Source: a virus | Strand: one strand, 5' to 3' | DNA: 64,000 bases | IMG/VR virus record: IMGVR_UViG_3300045988_102159 | Coordinates: 32,001-96,000 of that record | Part shown: piece by piece, positions 24,910-35,600 of the stretch | Layout: each line of letters opens with the position of its first letter | Numbering within the stretch: the first letter of the stretch is position 1 | Made by a program: the position numbers and the translations under genes | The notes under the pieces: model-generated | What the model saw: only the letters and a program-made list of their open reading frames with translations | Told to the model about the DNA's origin: nothing | Databases searched by the model: none

Positions 24910-24966
24910 TTAACTAAGAGGAATGCCCCCCCCCAGAAGAGTATGATTCTTCATGGTATCTAACAT
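24910..24966 (-). CDS. leader ORF 1 (18 codons, MLDTMKNHTLLGGGIPLS) containing the G9 tract
   Basis: AAAGG RBS upstream. There is a second in-frame ATG at 24954 (MKNHTLLGGG..). A 5-bp hairpin GAAGA/TCTTC lies just before the tract. Confidence 0.4.
   Translation of the reverse strand: MLDTMKNHTLLGGGIPLS
24926..24934 (-). repeat. homopolymeric G9 tract (C9 on the + strand) upstream of P1
   Basis: Read directly. It lies 39 nt upstream of the P1 start codon. Confidence 0.95.
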
Positions 24967-25101
24967 CTTTAATTACCTTTCTTATATAATGTTAAATAAA
25001 ATTTTAATAATCTATTGGAAAAGCTCCGCAGAAATTAATTCATTAAACTTATTCACATAAAACTCCTTTTCTTTCTTAGAATTATATTCTATATCTATAT
25101 G

Positions 25102-25135
25102 AAAAAAGGGCAAAACCCATAATAGGATTTTGCCC
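25102..25135 (-). terminator. intrinsic terminator after the long tail fibre gene
   Basis: Minus strand GGGCAAAA-loop-UUUUGCCC followed by T6. Confidence 0.7.
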
Positions 25136-25144
25136 AAAACTATA

Positions 25145-26674
25145 TTAGATTTTAACCCATAGTTTAATATGCTCTTCTGTAGGAGTATCAGTGCCAACAT
25201 ATACAGTACCAACATCATCCGCAAGTTTAGAATTAGTAACAGCTTTATCTGCAATTTTAGCAGACGTAACTTTACCGTCACCAATAGTAGTAGTCATTGT
25301 AATAGGATTTACTGTATTAAAACTTGTGGTAGATGTTGTGATATCACCACTTAATGCAACAGTATTATTAAACTTGTTCGCAGATTGAGCATTGGTGGCG
25401 CTAGTCGCATTACCCTCTACATTACCAGTTAGATTGCCGACAAACTTTGTGGCATATACATAGCTCCATTTAGCATTAGAAGCACCAAGATTATAAGAGT
25501 TATCAACGCTTGGTGTCATTGTTCGGCCAATCAGATTACCAGTTAAAGTACCGCCAGATAGCTTTAAATAGCTTGTATCGTGATTGTGGTTAGCAGTTGC
25601 AGCGCCGATATTAGCGCAAGTAAGATTAACGTTACCCTTACGATAACTTGTCTCAGCATCGCCCTTAACACCCATGACCTCGCCAGCGATTTGCCATGTA
25701 CCATCTCCACAAAGGAACTTATTGTGATTTCCAGCCGCAGGAGCCGGGACAAGACCAGCATTTCCAGCAGAAGAAGCAGTAGCACCTTTCATTATATCTG
25801 GTTTAGTGTTATCTACATCAAACGAAACAGCAGAAGACCCATCAAAAGTAATAGCTTGAGTAGTTGTAGTAGTACCTGTACCGCTAATAAGATTTACTGA
25901 TAAACTATGACTAACTTTACCAGCAGTAGTAGCATTAGTAGCATTATCTGCATTGGCAGCATGAGTGGCTTCAAGCGCTGTACCAGCTTTGTACTCTTGG
26001 TATCCTGCATCAGAATTTAGTTTACTATCATCAACGACAATATACATAACACCAGTATCATCTTGGATAACACTATCGCCAGTCTGTACTTGAGTGTTAG
26101 TTAATTGAAAACGTGCAGTTTTATTTGCAACATGGACTAATCGCTCTAATGCACCGTGTGGAATTGTATTTAAAGGTAACACTCCAGTGACACTTGCGGC
26201 ATCAATTGATGGAATTGTAATAGAGATATTTCCAGAACCATCAAAATTAGCACTGCCTGTGCCACCATTATTGCCGCCTTTAACGCTAATTGAGCGTGCG
26301 TTTTTTAATTTTGTAGCAGTATCAGCATTACCAGTAACGTTACCAGTAAGATTTCCAGTGAATCCGCCATTACCAGTAACCCTACCTGCGAAAGTCGTAG
26401 GAGAGGTAACTGATTGCGCGTTAGTAGTTGTCTTATCTAACTTATTATTTGCGTTATCATTAACAGCCTTTACTGCTTTTGGTGTCGCGGCAACAACTCC
26501 TGTAGCTGCACTATCTGTAGCATCTATAGCATCCGAAAGCCAGACTTCACCGCGCTTGTTGTTGGTAGCATCTGGCGCAACGTAAATCGGCCTATATGTT
26601 TTAAGCGTAGGGTCATACACTTTGGCAACAAAATTATTTTTCATTGTAGAATCATTTGGATTACCTTTAGCCAT
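25145..26674 (-). CDS. long tail fibre protein
   Basis: KRGEVWLSDAIDATDSAATGVVAATPKAVKAV is the P2 H / Mu S-type fibre N-terminal motif. Has repeated GNLTGNVTGNA.TATKL units and ends KLWVKI. Confidence 0.85.
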   Translation of the reverse strand: MAKGNPNDSTMKNNFVAKVYDPTLKTYRPIYVAPDATNNKRGEVWLSDAIDATDSAATGVVAATPKAVKAVNDNANNKLDKTTTNAQSVTSPTTFAGRVTGNGGFTGNLTGNVTGNADTATKLKNARSISVKGGNNGGTGSANFDGSGNISITIPSIDAASVTGVLPLNTIPHGALERLVHVANKTARFQLTNTQVQTGDSVIQDDTGVMYIVVDDSKLNSDAGYQEYKAGTALEATHAANADNATNATTAGKVSHSLSVNLISGTGTTTTTQAITFDGSSAVSFDVDNTKPDIMKGATASSAGNAGLVPAPAAGNHNKFLCGDGTWQIAGEVMGVKGDAETSYRKGNVNLTCANIGAATANHNHDTSYLKLSGGTLTGNLIGRTMTPSVDNSYNLGASNAKWSYVYATKFVGNLTGNVEGNATSATNAQSANKFNNTVALSGDITTSTTSFNTVNPITMTTTIGDGKVTSAKIADKAVTNSKLADDVGTVYVGTDTPTEEHIKLWVKI

Positions 26675-26685
26675 TCGCTACCTCC

Positions 26686-27039
26686 TTACTCATTAGCATC
26701 TTTATAGATAACGTCTACAATTGTCTCTGGCGGCATACTCTTCTCAAAAGTGAATTTTAGCTTTGAACCAAAATCACCATCAAACTCAAGAATACCTGTT
26801 TCATTCACTTTATATGAAAATTCACTCTCGTTCGTAGTGATTGTAATATCATAATCAGGAATTTGCGGGAACAGGAGAAGTTCTTCTTTACCTTCATTTA
26901 ACGCACGATATTCAGAATACGCAATAGGCTGACGCTTTGGAATCTGAATACCAATATGCACATAAGAATTACCCGCACCAGCATTAAATGTATGACTTGA
27001 TTTTATGGAAAATGGACCTTTAATTTGTTCAAGTTTCAT
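26686..27039 (-). CDS. small baseplate/fibre-associated structural protein
   Basis: 117-aa ORF tightly packed between structural genes. Confidence 0.6.
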   Translation of the reverse strand: MKLEQIKGPFSIKSSHTFNAGAGNSYVHIGIQIPKRQPIAYSEYRALNEGKEELLLFPQIPDYDITITTNESEFSYKVNETGILEFDGDFGSKLKFTFEKSMPPETIVDVIYKDANE

Positions 27040-27041
27040 AT

Positions 27042-29357
27042 CTATGCTCCAAACTGATAGGTACTAGACCAATAGGAAGGAATTGCATTGTCTGAAACTG
27101 TTACAGAATTCTGCAAGAAAGCAAGACCTTCTGATGTTAAAGTTTTAAGGCTCTCGTAACTGGCCGCACTTTCATCCATTAGCTTTACATCACGCATACC
27201 AGTATCCGCAATCTTACCAAGATAATACCACGTACTTAAATTATAATCAAATGCATAAAACTCTTTATCGCTCTTGGCATCATCTTGCGGTTGATAGGTA
27301 ACAATTTTGCCTAAATTAGATTGGCCACCGGGCTGATTTTGCGCACCCGTAAGACCGAACGGGAATTCACGATTTAAATAAGTAATAATATCTGCATCAG
27401 TAAGTCCTGCGGCAGTTAATTGTGCTTTAGTAATATTAAAGCCAATTAGAATACCAGCTTGGTCTTTAATAGTGCCAAGGTCTTTCCAGTATACATCTAC
27501 ACCATAATCAGGAATAGAGGTATCATATTTCATTGCATCGTTATTTGAAATCCAACCATCTGTTGCAACTTTGACACGATGCGATGGGTCACTATAAAGA
27601 ACAAATAGATGCCAGTCGGAAGGACGAACTACAAGACGCTCAATTGAATTAATCGGTTCACTAACTTTAACAGGATTTGGATTGCTATTATATTTTACCC
27701 AAATATTCTTATCAGCATTGATACCTTCGTCCATATAAATTGATTGAACTGTGGTAATCTTATAATTCTCGCCACCATCAGAGGTTTTTAATGTAATTTC
27801 TTCACCAGTATTGAATACAAGTGTAGTTTCACCAATATCATTAACACGTGCGGCAGTTAAGAGTTTTAATTTTGCTGGGCTGATTTTATCGCCAGTAGTC
27901 GTGTTAATTGTAATCTGACCATTTGCTTGATTAATCGTAATATCTTTTACCCAAGTCAGTCTATTTTGAGCAGCAATACCACCATCATTAAAGGTACAAA
28001 CAAAATCGCCAGTATTTTCATCTAGCGAAACAGAGCTAATCCATCGAATGTGTTTAAGTATTTTTTTACCGCTAGCAGGCACTTTTCCTCCGTCAGTTCC
28101 TGCAAAGGTTCCGATAACATCGCCGTTATCTTGAATCTCAAGACCCTTTACCCATGTAAGGTCTGTCTCATATGCTGGCGAATCATTATTGAAATCCATC
28201 TTGAAATGACCGCCTGCGGCACCATCGCCAGTAGATAGAGCAACTCCTGTTACCCATTTAATTTTCTTGGTAAATACAGTGTCATCATTATGAGTATAAG
28301 ATACAGTTAAAGTACCTTTATCATCAACGGTAATATTTTTGATGATATTAAAATCACCCAGATAAATTAAAATTGGGTCTGGGTTAACCTGTTTATCATA
28401 AATATATAATTCATATACTACAATCTGACGATGTTTAGCAATATCGTCTTCCATATCAATACCGTTGGCATCATCCGTATAATCAGCAGTGCCTTTAACG
28501 GTCGCAAGACCAGTAATTGGGTCAACGATAATATTTTTTGTAGAATAAACTTTACCACGCATCTCGTCAGTCATTTTAATAACTTTAAGATTACGTAATG
28601 TATCACCTTTTAAGCCTTTTGGAATACCCATATCCCAGTATTCCCAGAATGGATGTGTCTTATCATCAATGCGGCTAATAGAAGTCATATCAGCATCTTT
28701 TTTAATATTACCTGCCGCATCATATTGAGAAACTGCGTGAGCCTTATAGTCAATTACTGTATATGGAAACTTCATTCCTACATAGAACCAAGAATCCGCG
28801 TCTTCATCGTCCTTGCGGATATTGACCCATGTATATTCAATGTCATCGTTGAAAGATTCCCCGTCTTTACCAGGAACTAGTGTACGATTTTGAACATTAA
28901 ATTTAAAATCTTTTTTAAGCGTACCGCCAACATCTTGCCAATTACCGCTAGCATCTTGTTTCCAATTGGTAACAACAGTGCCGTCAGCGTTTTGGCTGAC
29001 TGGATACCTGCGATAAGTGTTCTCTTCAAGAGTCTTTGTTGAAATCTTTTCTACATTATCAATCGTGTCTACTTGGAAGAAAGGCGTTCCGCTAGACGGA
29101 CCAACGATTTGTCCAATTGCAATACTGCCAGCTGTCTGCGCATTCTGATAGTCTAAGCCGCGTCTAAAAATTTTTCCGTTATCAGGATGGTTCTTATTTT
29201 TCGTGGAGATAAGGCAATACTCGCCGTACCAGACTTCGGTGAAATTACTACCTTGCGAGAACTTCTGCTTCATCTCGTCTACGGAACTAAAAGAAGCCTT
29301 GATTACAAAGCTAACTCCTTCATGTCCACCATAAAGTGAATTCATCAGTCTATTCAC
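27042..29357 (-). CDS. large baseplate/tail structural protein
   Basis: 771-aa ORF in the late operon. Function is assigned by position only. Confidence 0.65.
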   Translation of the reverse strand: MNRLMNSLYGGHEGVSFVIKASFSSVDEMKQKFSQGSNFTEVWYGEYCLISTKNKNHPDNGKIFRRGLDYQNAQTAGSIAIGQIVGPSSGTPFFQVDTIDNVEKISTKTLEENTYRRYPVSQNADGTVVTNWKQDASGNWQDVGGTLKKDFKFNVQNRTLVPGKDGESFNDDIEYTWVNIRKDDEDADSWFYVGMKFPYTVIDYKAHAVSQYDAAGNIKKDADMTSISRIDDKTHPFWEYWDMGIPKGLKGDTLRNLKVIKMTDEMRGKVYSTKNIIVDPITGLATVKGTADYTDDANGIDMEDDIAKHRQIVVYELYIYDKQVNPDPILIYLGDFNIIKNITVDDKGTLTVSYTHNDDTVFTKKIKWVTGVALSTGDGAAGGHFKMDFNNDSPAYETDLTWVKGLEIQDNGDVIGTFAGTDGGKVPASGKKILKHIRWISSVSLDENTGDFVCTFNDGGIAAQNRLTWVKDITINQANGQITINTTTGDKISPAKLKLLTAARVNDIGETTLVFNTGEEITLKTSDGGENYKITTVQSIYMDEGINADKNIWVKYNSNPNPVKVSEPINSIERLVVRPSDWHLFVLYSDPSHRVKVATDGWISNNDAMKYDTSIPDYGVDVYWKDLGTIKDQAGILIGFNITKAQLTAAGLTDADIITYLNREFPFGLTGAQNQPGGQSNLGKIVTYQPQDDAKSDKEFYAFDYNLSTWYYLGKIADTGMRDVKLMDESAASYESLKTLTSEGLAFLQNSVTVSDNAIPSYWSSTYQFGA

Positions 29358-30297
29358 CTACCTCTTCTGTGTCTTTATTTGAGAATTCATAGTCTACTGT
29401 GAATGAATCATTAAAATCACGAGCGACTACACCAAGAGAAGAAATAGGAACTTCTGATAGCTCATAAAATCCACTTGGTCCAATTTTAATCTCTTCGCCG
29501 TTAATAGCCATCATCAAACCGGAATGGCCCCAAACGCCAATCCTGTCTAGATTCGCATTTGAATTCATGCTATTAACAAGATTGTTTACTTTATAAAGTT
29601 CACATACAGTTTTATCAATATCTAGTATGCGGCCATATTCAGTACCATTCTGTGTAGTATGCTGAATATTATAATCCTCAGATTGCCTTGTCATAGACAA
29701 AACAATAGATACAAAACTTTCTTCTATTGGTCTAAAAATCATTTCAAATAAGCCGTATCTCTCGCTAACATCAGTTTTCCATGATGCAGTAAGAGCTACG
29801 ATATTACACTTATCTGTCTGTTCATATCCTGTGCTACCTGTACCAAGATAATATTTTTTATCTGTTTCTCGATAATACAATGCACCATTGATATTGCTTT
29901 GCCCATATTTAAGAGGAATCATGGCATTTATGCTGCCATCTTTTTTCTCGTATAGAGCAACACTATATACATTAGTCCCGTCTCCACCAGCATTAACATT
30001 AACGGTCTTGATATACTGATAAGAACCTTGATTAGTATCCTTATTTTTCATTAGCTTAATAGTGAATTCCATAGAATAGTTCATGTCTTGCGGAATCTTC
30101 ACTTTTAAATAATAATCTTGACCTTTTGAAAACTGCTCGTCGGGAATGATAGCAACATCTTTGAAACCTGTATTTTTTTCATCTAATCCAGTAATATCAA
30201 TGTTGGAGCTTACATATTCTTTCTTGAAAGACATACTTGTAATACAATTACTACTTGCACCAGCATATCTATACTGACCGATATTTGTGGTCGCCAT
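29350..30297 (-). CDS. baseplate structural protein
   Basis: 315-aa ORF with RBS AAGGAGGGG and an 8-nt overlap with the next gene. Confidence 0.65.
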   Translation of the reverse strand: MATTNIGQYRYAGASSNCITSMSFKKEYVSSNIDITGLDEKNTGFKDVAIIPDEQFSKGQDYYLKVKIPQDMNYSMEFTIKLMKNKDTNQGSYQYIKTVNVNAGGDGTNVYSVALYEKKDGSINAMIPLKYGQSNINGALYYRETDKKYYLGTGSTGYEQTDKCNIVALTASWKTDVSERYGLFEMIFRPIEESFVSIVLSMTRQSEDYNIQHTTQNGTEYGRILDIDKTVCELYKVNNLVNSMNSNANLDRIGVWGHSGLMMAINGEEIKIGPSGFYELSEVPISSLGVVARDFNDSFTVDYEFSNKDTEEVGE

Positions 30298-30336
30298 TTC
30301 CCCTCCTTTTATCTCTAAAACATAACCTAATATAAA

Positions 30337-30375
30337 ATAAAAAATAGGGCAAACCGATTATACGGTTTTGCCCTA
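30337..30375 (-). terminator. intrinsic terminator
   Basis: Minus strand UAGGGCAAAACCG-loop-CGGUUUGCCCUA followed by T6. Confidence 0.65.
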
Positions 30376-30378
30376 TTA

Positions 30379-32679
30379 CTAGAATCTCTCTATTGACTGA
30401 TTGCATGAGACAGTCATTGCATTGCCCGGTCCAAGAGGAATAGAAAGTGTGTTTAAATTATAGTCACCATATGTATTAGTAGAGGTATCATTTAATTCAA
30501 TTCTAGAATTAGGCTCTAAGTAGAACACTGGTAGTCCAGTAATTGATACCGAGTTTTGATAAGTTGTATGCAGATATAATTCATATTTCACTTGGTCAAA
30601 TGCACCATTTTTATAACCACCAGTAGCAAGATTATAAAAAATTTCACCACGCACCTGAGTATATGGCATACCATTATCTTCACATTCCTGTTGCTTTGTC
30701 CTGCCTTTGTCATCTTCATCAGCATTGATAAATACGATGTTTGGAATTTCAGGCGCGAATAGGCAATTCACAGTATCAGATGATACTGCATCTGTTCTGC
30801 GGCCAATAGCAGAAACAGAGAATTGACCTAAATCGGATGTTGAAGAATCAATAAAATCTAAGAAGTAATTACCATCTGTCAACGAAGACGTAAGTAATTC
30901 CGCATTTTCTTTTTCTCTAATAAACTTTTGGTCTACAAGGTCATAAACTTGCGGCCAAAACGCATCAAGCTCTTCAAAATAATAATCAGTATCTATCCTA
31001 CAATTATGTGCATATTGTAGAACATCTCCTTGCCAACCAGCAATACTATCAATTTTTGCATAATAATTACCAGAATCAATACCATTCTTTTTAGCTAACA
31101 TGCCTTCAAGATAAAGCTCAGTACGCCAGTCTTTAACAAGATAACCTCCATTGACTATTGGAGCTGGTACTGGCTTATCTTCTTCTTTAGTGTCCTCAGA
31201 ACTAGTTTCCGCAATAGTAGATACTGACAACGTATCTACTGCTGGATAATATGCTGAACATTTTAAAGACTTATATGTATCGTCTTTCCAATAGTAAGCA
31301 AACTTATTTGTGGCATCGAAATAAATAGTATTAAATTCACCAATAGAAGGAAAATCATTCTTCGTTGTATACACCGTAGGAAATGCGGCTTTTATTTCTT
31401 GGGTAGACTCTTCTGTATATAATAATAAATTATAATATGTATTATAATAATTATTACCACGTTCATCTGATGTAACAGGCAAAGGTTTGCGGTCAATACA
31501 AAGATGATAACGAACGTCTACTTGCTGTTGACTATTTGTACCTTGGCGTTTGCCTTGAATAATAAAATCATTTTTAATATTATTAAATTGAGGTGTTTTG
31601 CTAATACTGATAATATTGTCTTTGTCACTAAAAGTATATACACTTTTACCTGTAGTCGTTTCTACAAGATAATCGTGTTTCTTCATATCATTTACTAAAG
31701 TAGTTGCTTGCGTGGTATTAAGATAATTCTTAACTTCCCTAAAATGAAATACACCAAATTCATCATAGAAATATTCAAAATTACCAAGATAGCTTTTAAT
31801 CTTATCGAGTACAGATGTTACGCTTTCGCCAAGATTGGCAGACAGTTCAGAATCATATACAAAATCATCATAAACATAACCACAGTCTTGACCACTTAAA
31901 ATCTCAATAGTACCATCTTCTAATGTTTCTGGTTTGTCAATATATGCCGCATACCATATAACTCCAGCGCTACCACTTTGTTTGGGCACGAGATACAACG
32001 GGTTAGAACCTGTCCATTTCATTACCCTTTTAATGCGGCGAGGTACATCCTCAATAACGATATTGTTTAAATCTTCACCACCATAATGATTCACTAGCTC
32101 TTTGATAATGTCATAGATTAATACCTTTTTAGTAACATATGCGCCACTTGCGTCCTGCGTATCCATTTCATCGAAGATAACAGCCGCGGGTAATGTACCA
32201 GAAACATCACCAGATAAACCGCACATCTTATCTTTCAGTGTCAGCTGTAAAGATACCGCAGATGAAACAGAAGATGATGCACTTGCACTTGCAATAAAGA
32301 AAACACCTTGAGGAAACCATAAGATAGGATAATTTAGAAATTGATTGCTATGGTTTTCAACGCCAATTTCAATAAAAATTTTCTTGTTGATTGCAAAATC
32401 ATATGACATATTTTCAATATCATATTCACCGCTATCAATAGATGCGGTCAATGAGCAAGTGCGTCTGATAGACGAAGAACCGTCTTTAGAAAGACTGCCA
32501 GACGCAATAACGCCTTGAATCTCCTTTAACGGTTCTTCGTTCCAATTGAGGAGGGTTAGCCGTACATACTGTTTTTGATTTACAAAATTATCAATAGTCT
32601 TGAGAAAATTTCTACGCTTTAATGCACTATTGGCATCTTCATAAAAGCTGTCATTTAAATAAGGATATGTCCTTCTCAT
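30379..32679 (-). CDS. baseplate/tail-tip structural protein
   Basis: 766-aa ORF. The N-terminal region (..GVIASGSLSKDGSSSIRRTCSLT..) resembles prophage tail/baseplate hub proteins. The family is not certain. Confidence 0.6.
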   Translation of the reverse strand: MRRTYPYLNDSFYEDANSALKRRNFLKTIDNFVNQKQYVRLTLLNWNEEPLKEIQGVIASGSLSKDGSSSIRRTCSLTASIDSGEYDIENMSYDFAINKKIFIEIGVENHSNQFLNYPILWFPQGVFFIASASASSSVSSAVSLQLTLKDKMCGLSGDVSGTLPAAVIFDEMDTQDASGAYVTKKVLIYDIIKELVNHYGGEDLNNIVIEDVPRRIKRVMKWTGSNPLYLVPKQSGSAGVIWYAAYIDKPETLEDGTIEILSGQDCGYVYDDFVYDSELSANLGESVTSVLDKIKSYLGNFEYFYDEFGVFHFREVKNYLNTTQATTLVNDMKKHDYLVETTTGKSVYTFSDKDNIISISKTPQFNNIKNDFIIQGKRQGTNSQQQVDVRYHLCIDRKPLPVTSDERGNNYYNTYYNLLLYTEESTQEIKAAFPTVYTTKNDFPSIGEFNTIYFDATNKFAYYWKDDTYKSLKCSAYYPAVDTLSVSTIAETSSEDTKEEDKPVPAPIVNGGYLVKDWRTELYLEGMLAKKNGIDSGNYYAKIDSIAGWQGDVLQYAHNCRIDTDYYFEELDAFWPQVYDLVDQKFIREKENAELLTSSLTDGNYFLDFIDSSTSDLGQFSVSAIGRRTDAVSSDTVNCLFAPEIPNIVFINADEDDKGRTKQQECEDNGMPYTQVRGEIFYNLATGGYKNGAFDQVKYELYLHTTYQNSVSITGLPVFYLEPNSRIELNDTSTNTYGDYNLNTLSIPLGPGNAMTVSCNQSIERF

Positions 32680-32687
32680 TTTCCCTC

Positions 32688-35600
32688 CTATTGATAATTC
32701 GTAGTCATTACAGTACCATAGTAGTTAATCATACCCTCTACTGGCATTGCGGCAATACCAATACGCTCTGTCGATGTATTTCCATCAATCGTATCAATTG
32801 ATGCAAATGCAAAATCATACCACTGATAATTATAGTATAATTTCAACTCATTGTTAATATTATACACGGTATTTAAAACAGGTTTTTTAATTTCATCTAT
32901 TGAATTATACATTTGAGTGCCAGCGTCCATGCCAATAGCATTCCATGTCTCATCAAAGGAATCTTGCGGCTCTTGCTCGTCTTGAATAACTGAAACTGGT
33001 TGTTTCGTATCAGTATTATCTATTACAGTAAACCAATTAAGAGCTGTGGCATTAGTTGCGCCGACAGACGAATCAAGTCTAAATTCATTCTCTTGGAGAT
33101 ACTTTTTCTTATTTGTAAGTTTCATTCGTATACCCAAGAAACATATATCATCTACTGGAACGTCTCTCAGCATATGCAAAACGCCTGTTCCGCCGACAAG
33201 ATAATTCTTATATTCATCTTCATTATGATACTTGATACTAGCAACCGCATAAGGAGTAACATCTAAACAGATGCCTTTCCAATATTTCATGCGTTTACTA
33301 GAAAGCATAACATCACCATTCATTTGAATAAAATTATATTTATTTCTAATCTTATTGCCAAGATAAGCGTTAGGTTTAAATACGCCACTCTCCTGACCTA
33401 CAAGTGTGCGGTCAATTGATGCACCAGATACAGCTTCTTTTGCGCTAGAACGTTCTTTATAGCAAAGCGTGTATTCAATGGTAACAACATCGCCGATTTG
33501 GAAATAAAGACCAGTAACGTCTAGCTTGTTTGGAATTTGGTAATAACCACGTTCATTTACAAAGATATTATGATTACCATCGCTACCACGAGTAATAACG
33601 CCAAAATAATATCCACGCTGAACCTGATTTTGATTCAGCATTTCCGCAAGGCCATTTGTGTTTTCAGTAATTTCTGTTAGACCATCTGAATTTGCTTGAA
33701 ATGTATAATAGCGAGGTTTAGAATGATAAAAAATCTTAACATTTTTAAGAACAATATCCTCTGCTTTATATCCGGCTAAAACGCCACTATACTTCTTTGA
33801 TAGGGCATCGTTAATTTCATTCCTAATATCATTGTTATTTGTCACTGTCATCTTATACATCTGTGCAGGTTTAATTACTTCAATATAATCTTTAGGGTCA
33901 TCTTCTGAATCATGATTGCCGCCATTGATTGAACCAATCATTTTGCGGTTATAGATACCAAGAGTATCAAGAGTATCTAGAGAAGAAGCATCCTCAATCT
34001 CATAAACGGTAGCAGAAAAATTCCATAGCCTGCGGCCAACTGTAGAATTAGGTGTCAATGTAACATCTGTAAGCATTACAACCATTGAACCCTCTGCCAT
34101 TGAACGATATAGCTTAGGCTCACCATCATTTAACCATGCAATTAGCTTTTCACGGAATTCACGCTCGTAGAGCCAATCGTTTGTAGTAGTTGTTAGATAC
34201 TCCTGTGACGTTACACTAGAAATAGGTCCACTGGGATACTGATTTCCTCCAGTCTTTTCATAATTCTTAAAATCATTACGAATTAAATCTTTAACACCAG
34301 TTTCATCTTTATATTCTGAATATAGGTCTTTAAGAGTATCATTATTATGATGAATAAGTTCTGTCTTATTTGCAAATTCAGAATAAACATCAGACTCAGC
34401 ACTAATCAAACCTGAAATACTAAACTGCTTATAATTCAATACAGCATTTTCCGCAAACTTAGGATATTTACCACCAAGAGTATCAATCTTAGCTCTGTTG
34501 ACTACTGGCTTAAAGCTACTAACCTGATAATTATATCTTACCGCATATTGCTCCATACCACGAGAAAAATAAGCGTCATAGAATTGCGGCAAAACCACTT
34601 TTGACATAGTTGGTTTGGCAATAGACATTCCAGTAGAAGTAAGAGCTTCTACGCGATAACGATACCATGTCAGACTTTCTACAGTATTATCTACAATTGA
34701 AAAATCAATTTGCTGTAGCTTTGCGCTATAGATTGTCTCCCATTCTTTAAAGTTATCTTTATTAGATGCGCGTCTTACATATACAGATACACCGTCACTA
34801 AAAGAATATTCATTTTTAACCGAAACCTTAATTGACGCAGTTTCATCGTTGACTTCTGCGGCAATTGTAGGCTGCCATTCATCAGCACCAGTATATTCTC
34901 CAATTTGGAATTTATATTCTTTGCTAAGCTGATACTGATTCTTTGTGCGGCAAGTGATGCGGCATACATAATATGTACTAGTAGGGTCTGATGTAGAACC
35001 ATCCGCGCTGTTCTTTAAAGATGAAAAATCAATATTATATACAATATTATTTGGATTAAGATTTTCACCAGTGTAAATAGTGGGAGTAGAGAATAATACA
35101 TTATTTGAATCATCTAGAATGTCAAATTGATATGCTTCAAGTGTTTCGGTTTCAGTATTTAAAATTACTTCTTCGCCACTTTCATTTTTAGTGACAAAAA
35201 TAAGACCGCCCGCAATTTGCGTTAAGCCTTTATTAAAAGTCATATATGAATTGCCTGTATAGTTTTCAAATACAGACAGATAAATTTTAGGTTGGTGAAT
35301 AGGTCTAATTAGACAAACAGAAGACCATTCTGAAAAATATTGCGTATGTGATAAAAGATAACTATTCTTCTTTGCTTCATCATTAATAGGCACTTCATCA
35401 GTTCCATTATAGCTGTCAAATCGAATCTGAACTTTATAGAACTGATTCGTATTGAAAGCATTGCCCTCGATATAAGCGGTAGGTATCGTTACATAATACA
35501 TACCGCTTACTTTATCGAATTGTAAATCTTCAATTAGAATGCCCGAAAGTTTATTCAAGGCATTCTCATTATTAAGCTGATTTACGCAACTGACATGTAC

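Noticed and set aside
25053-25070. AAAAGGAG-N4-ATG-TGA start-stop mini-ORF (or a 14-codon GTG ORF) just downstream of the fibre-gene terminator.
   Set aside because: It is a single occurrence with no conservation to compare against. It may be the remnant RBS of a lost gene, and there is too little evidence for a regulatory role.
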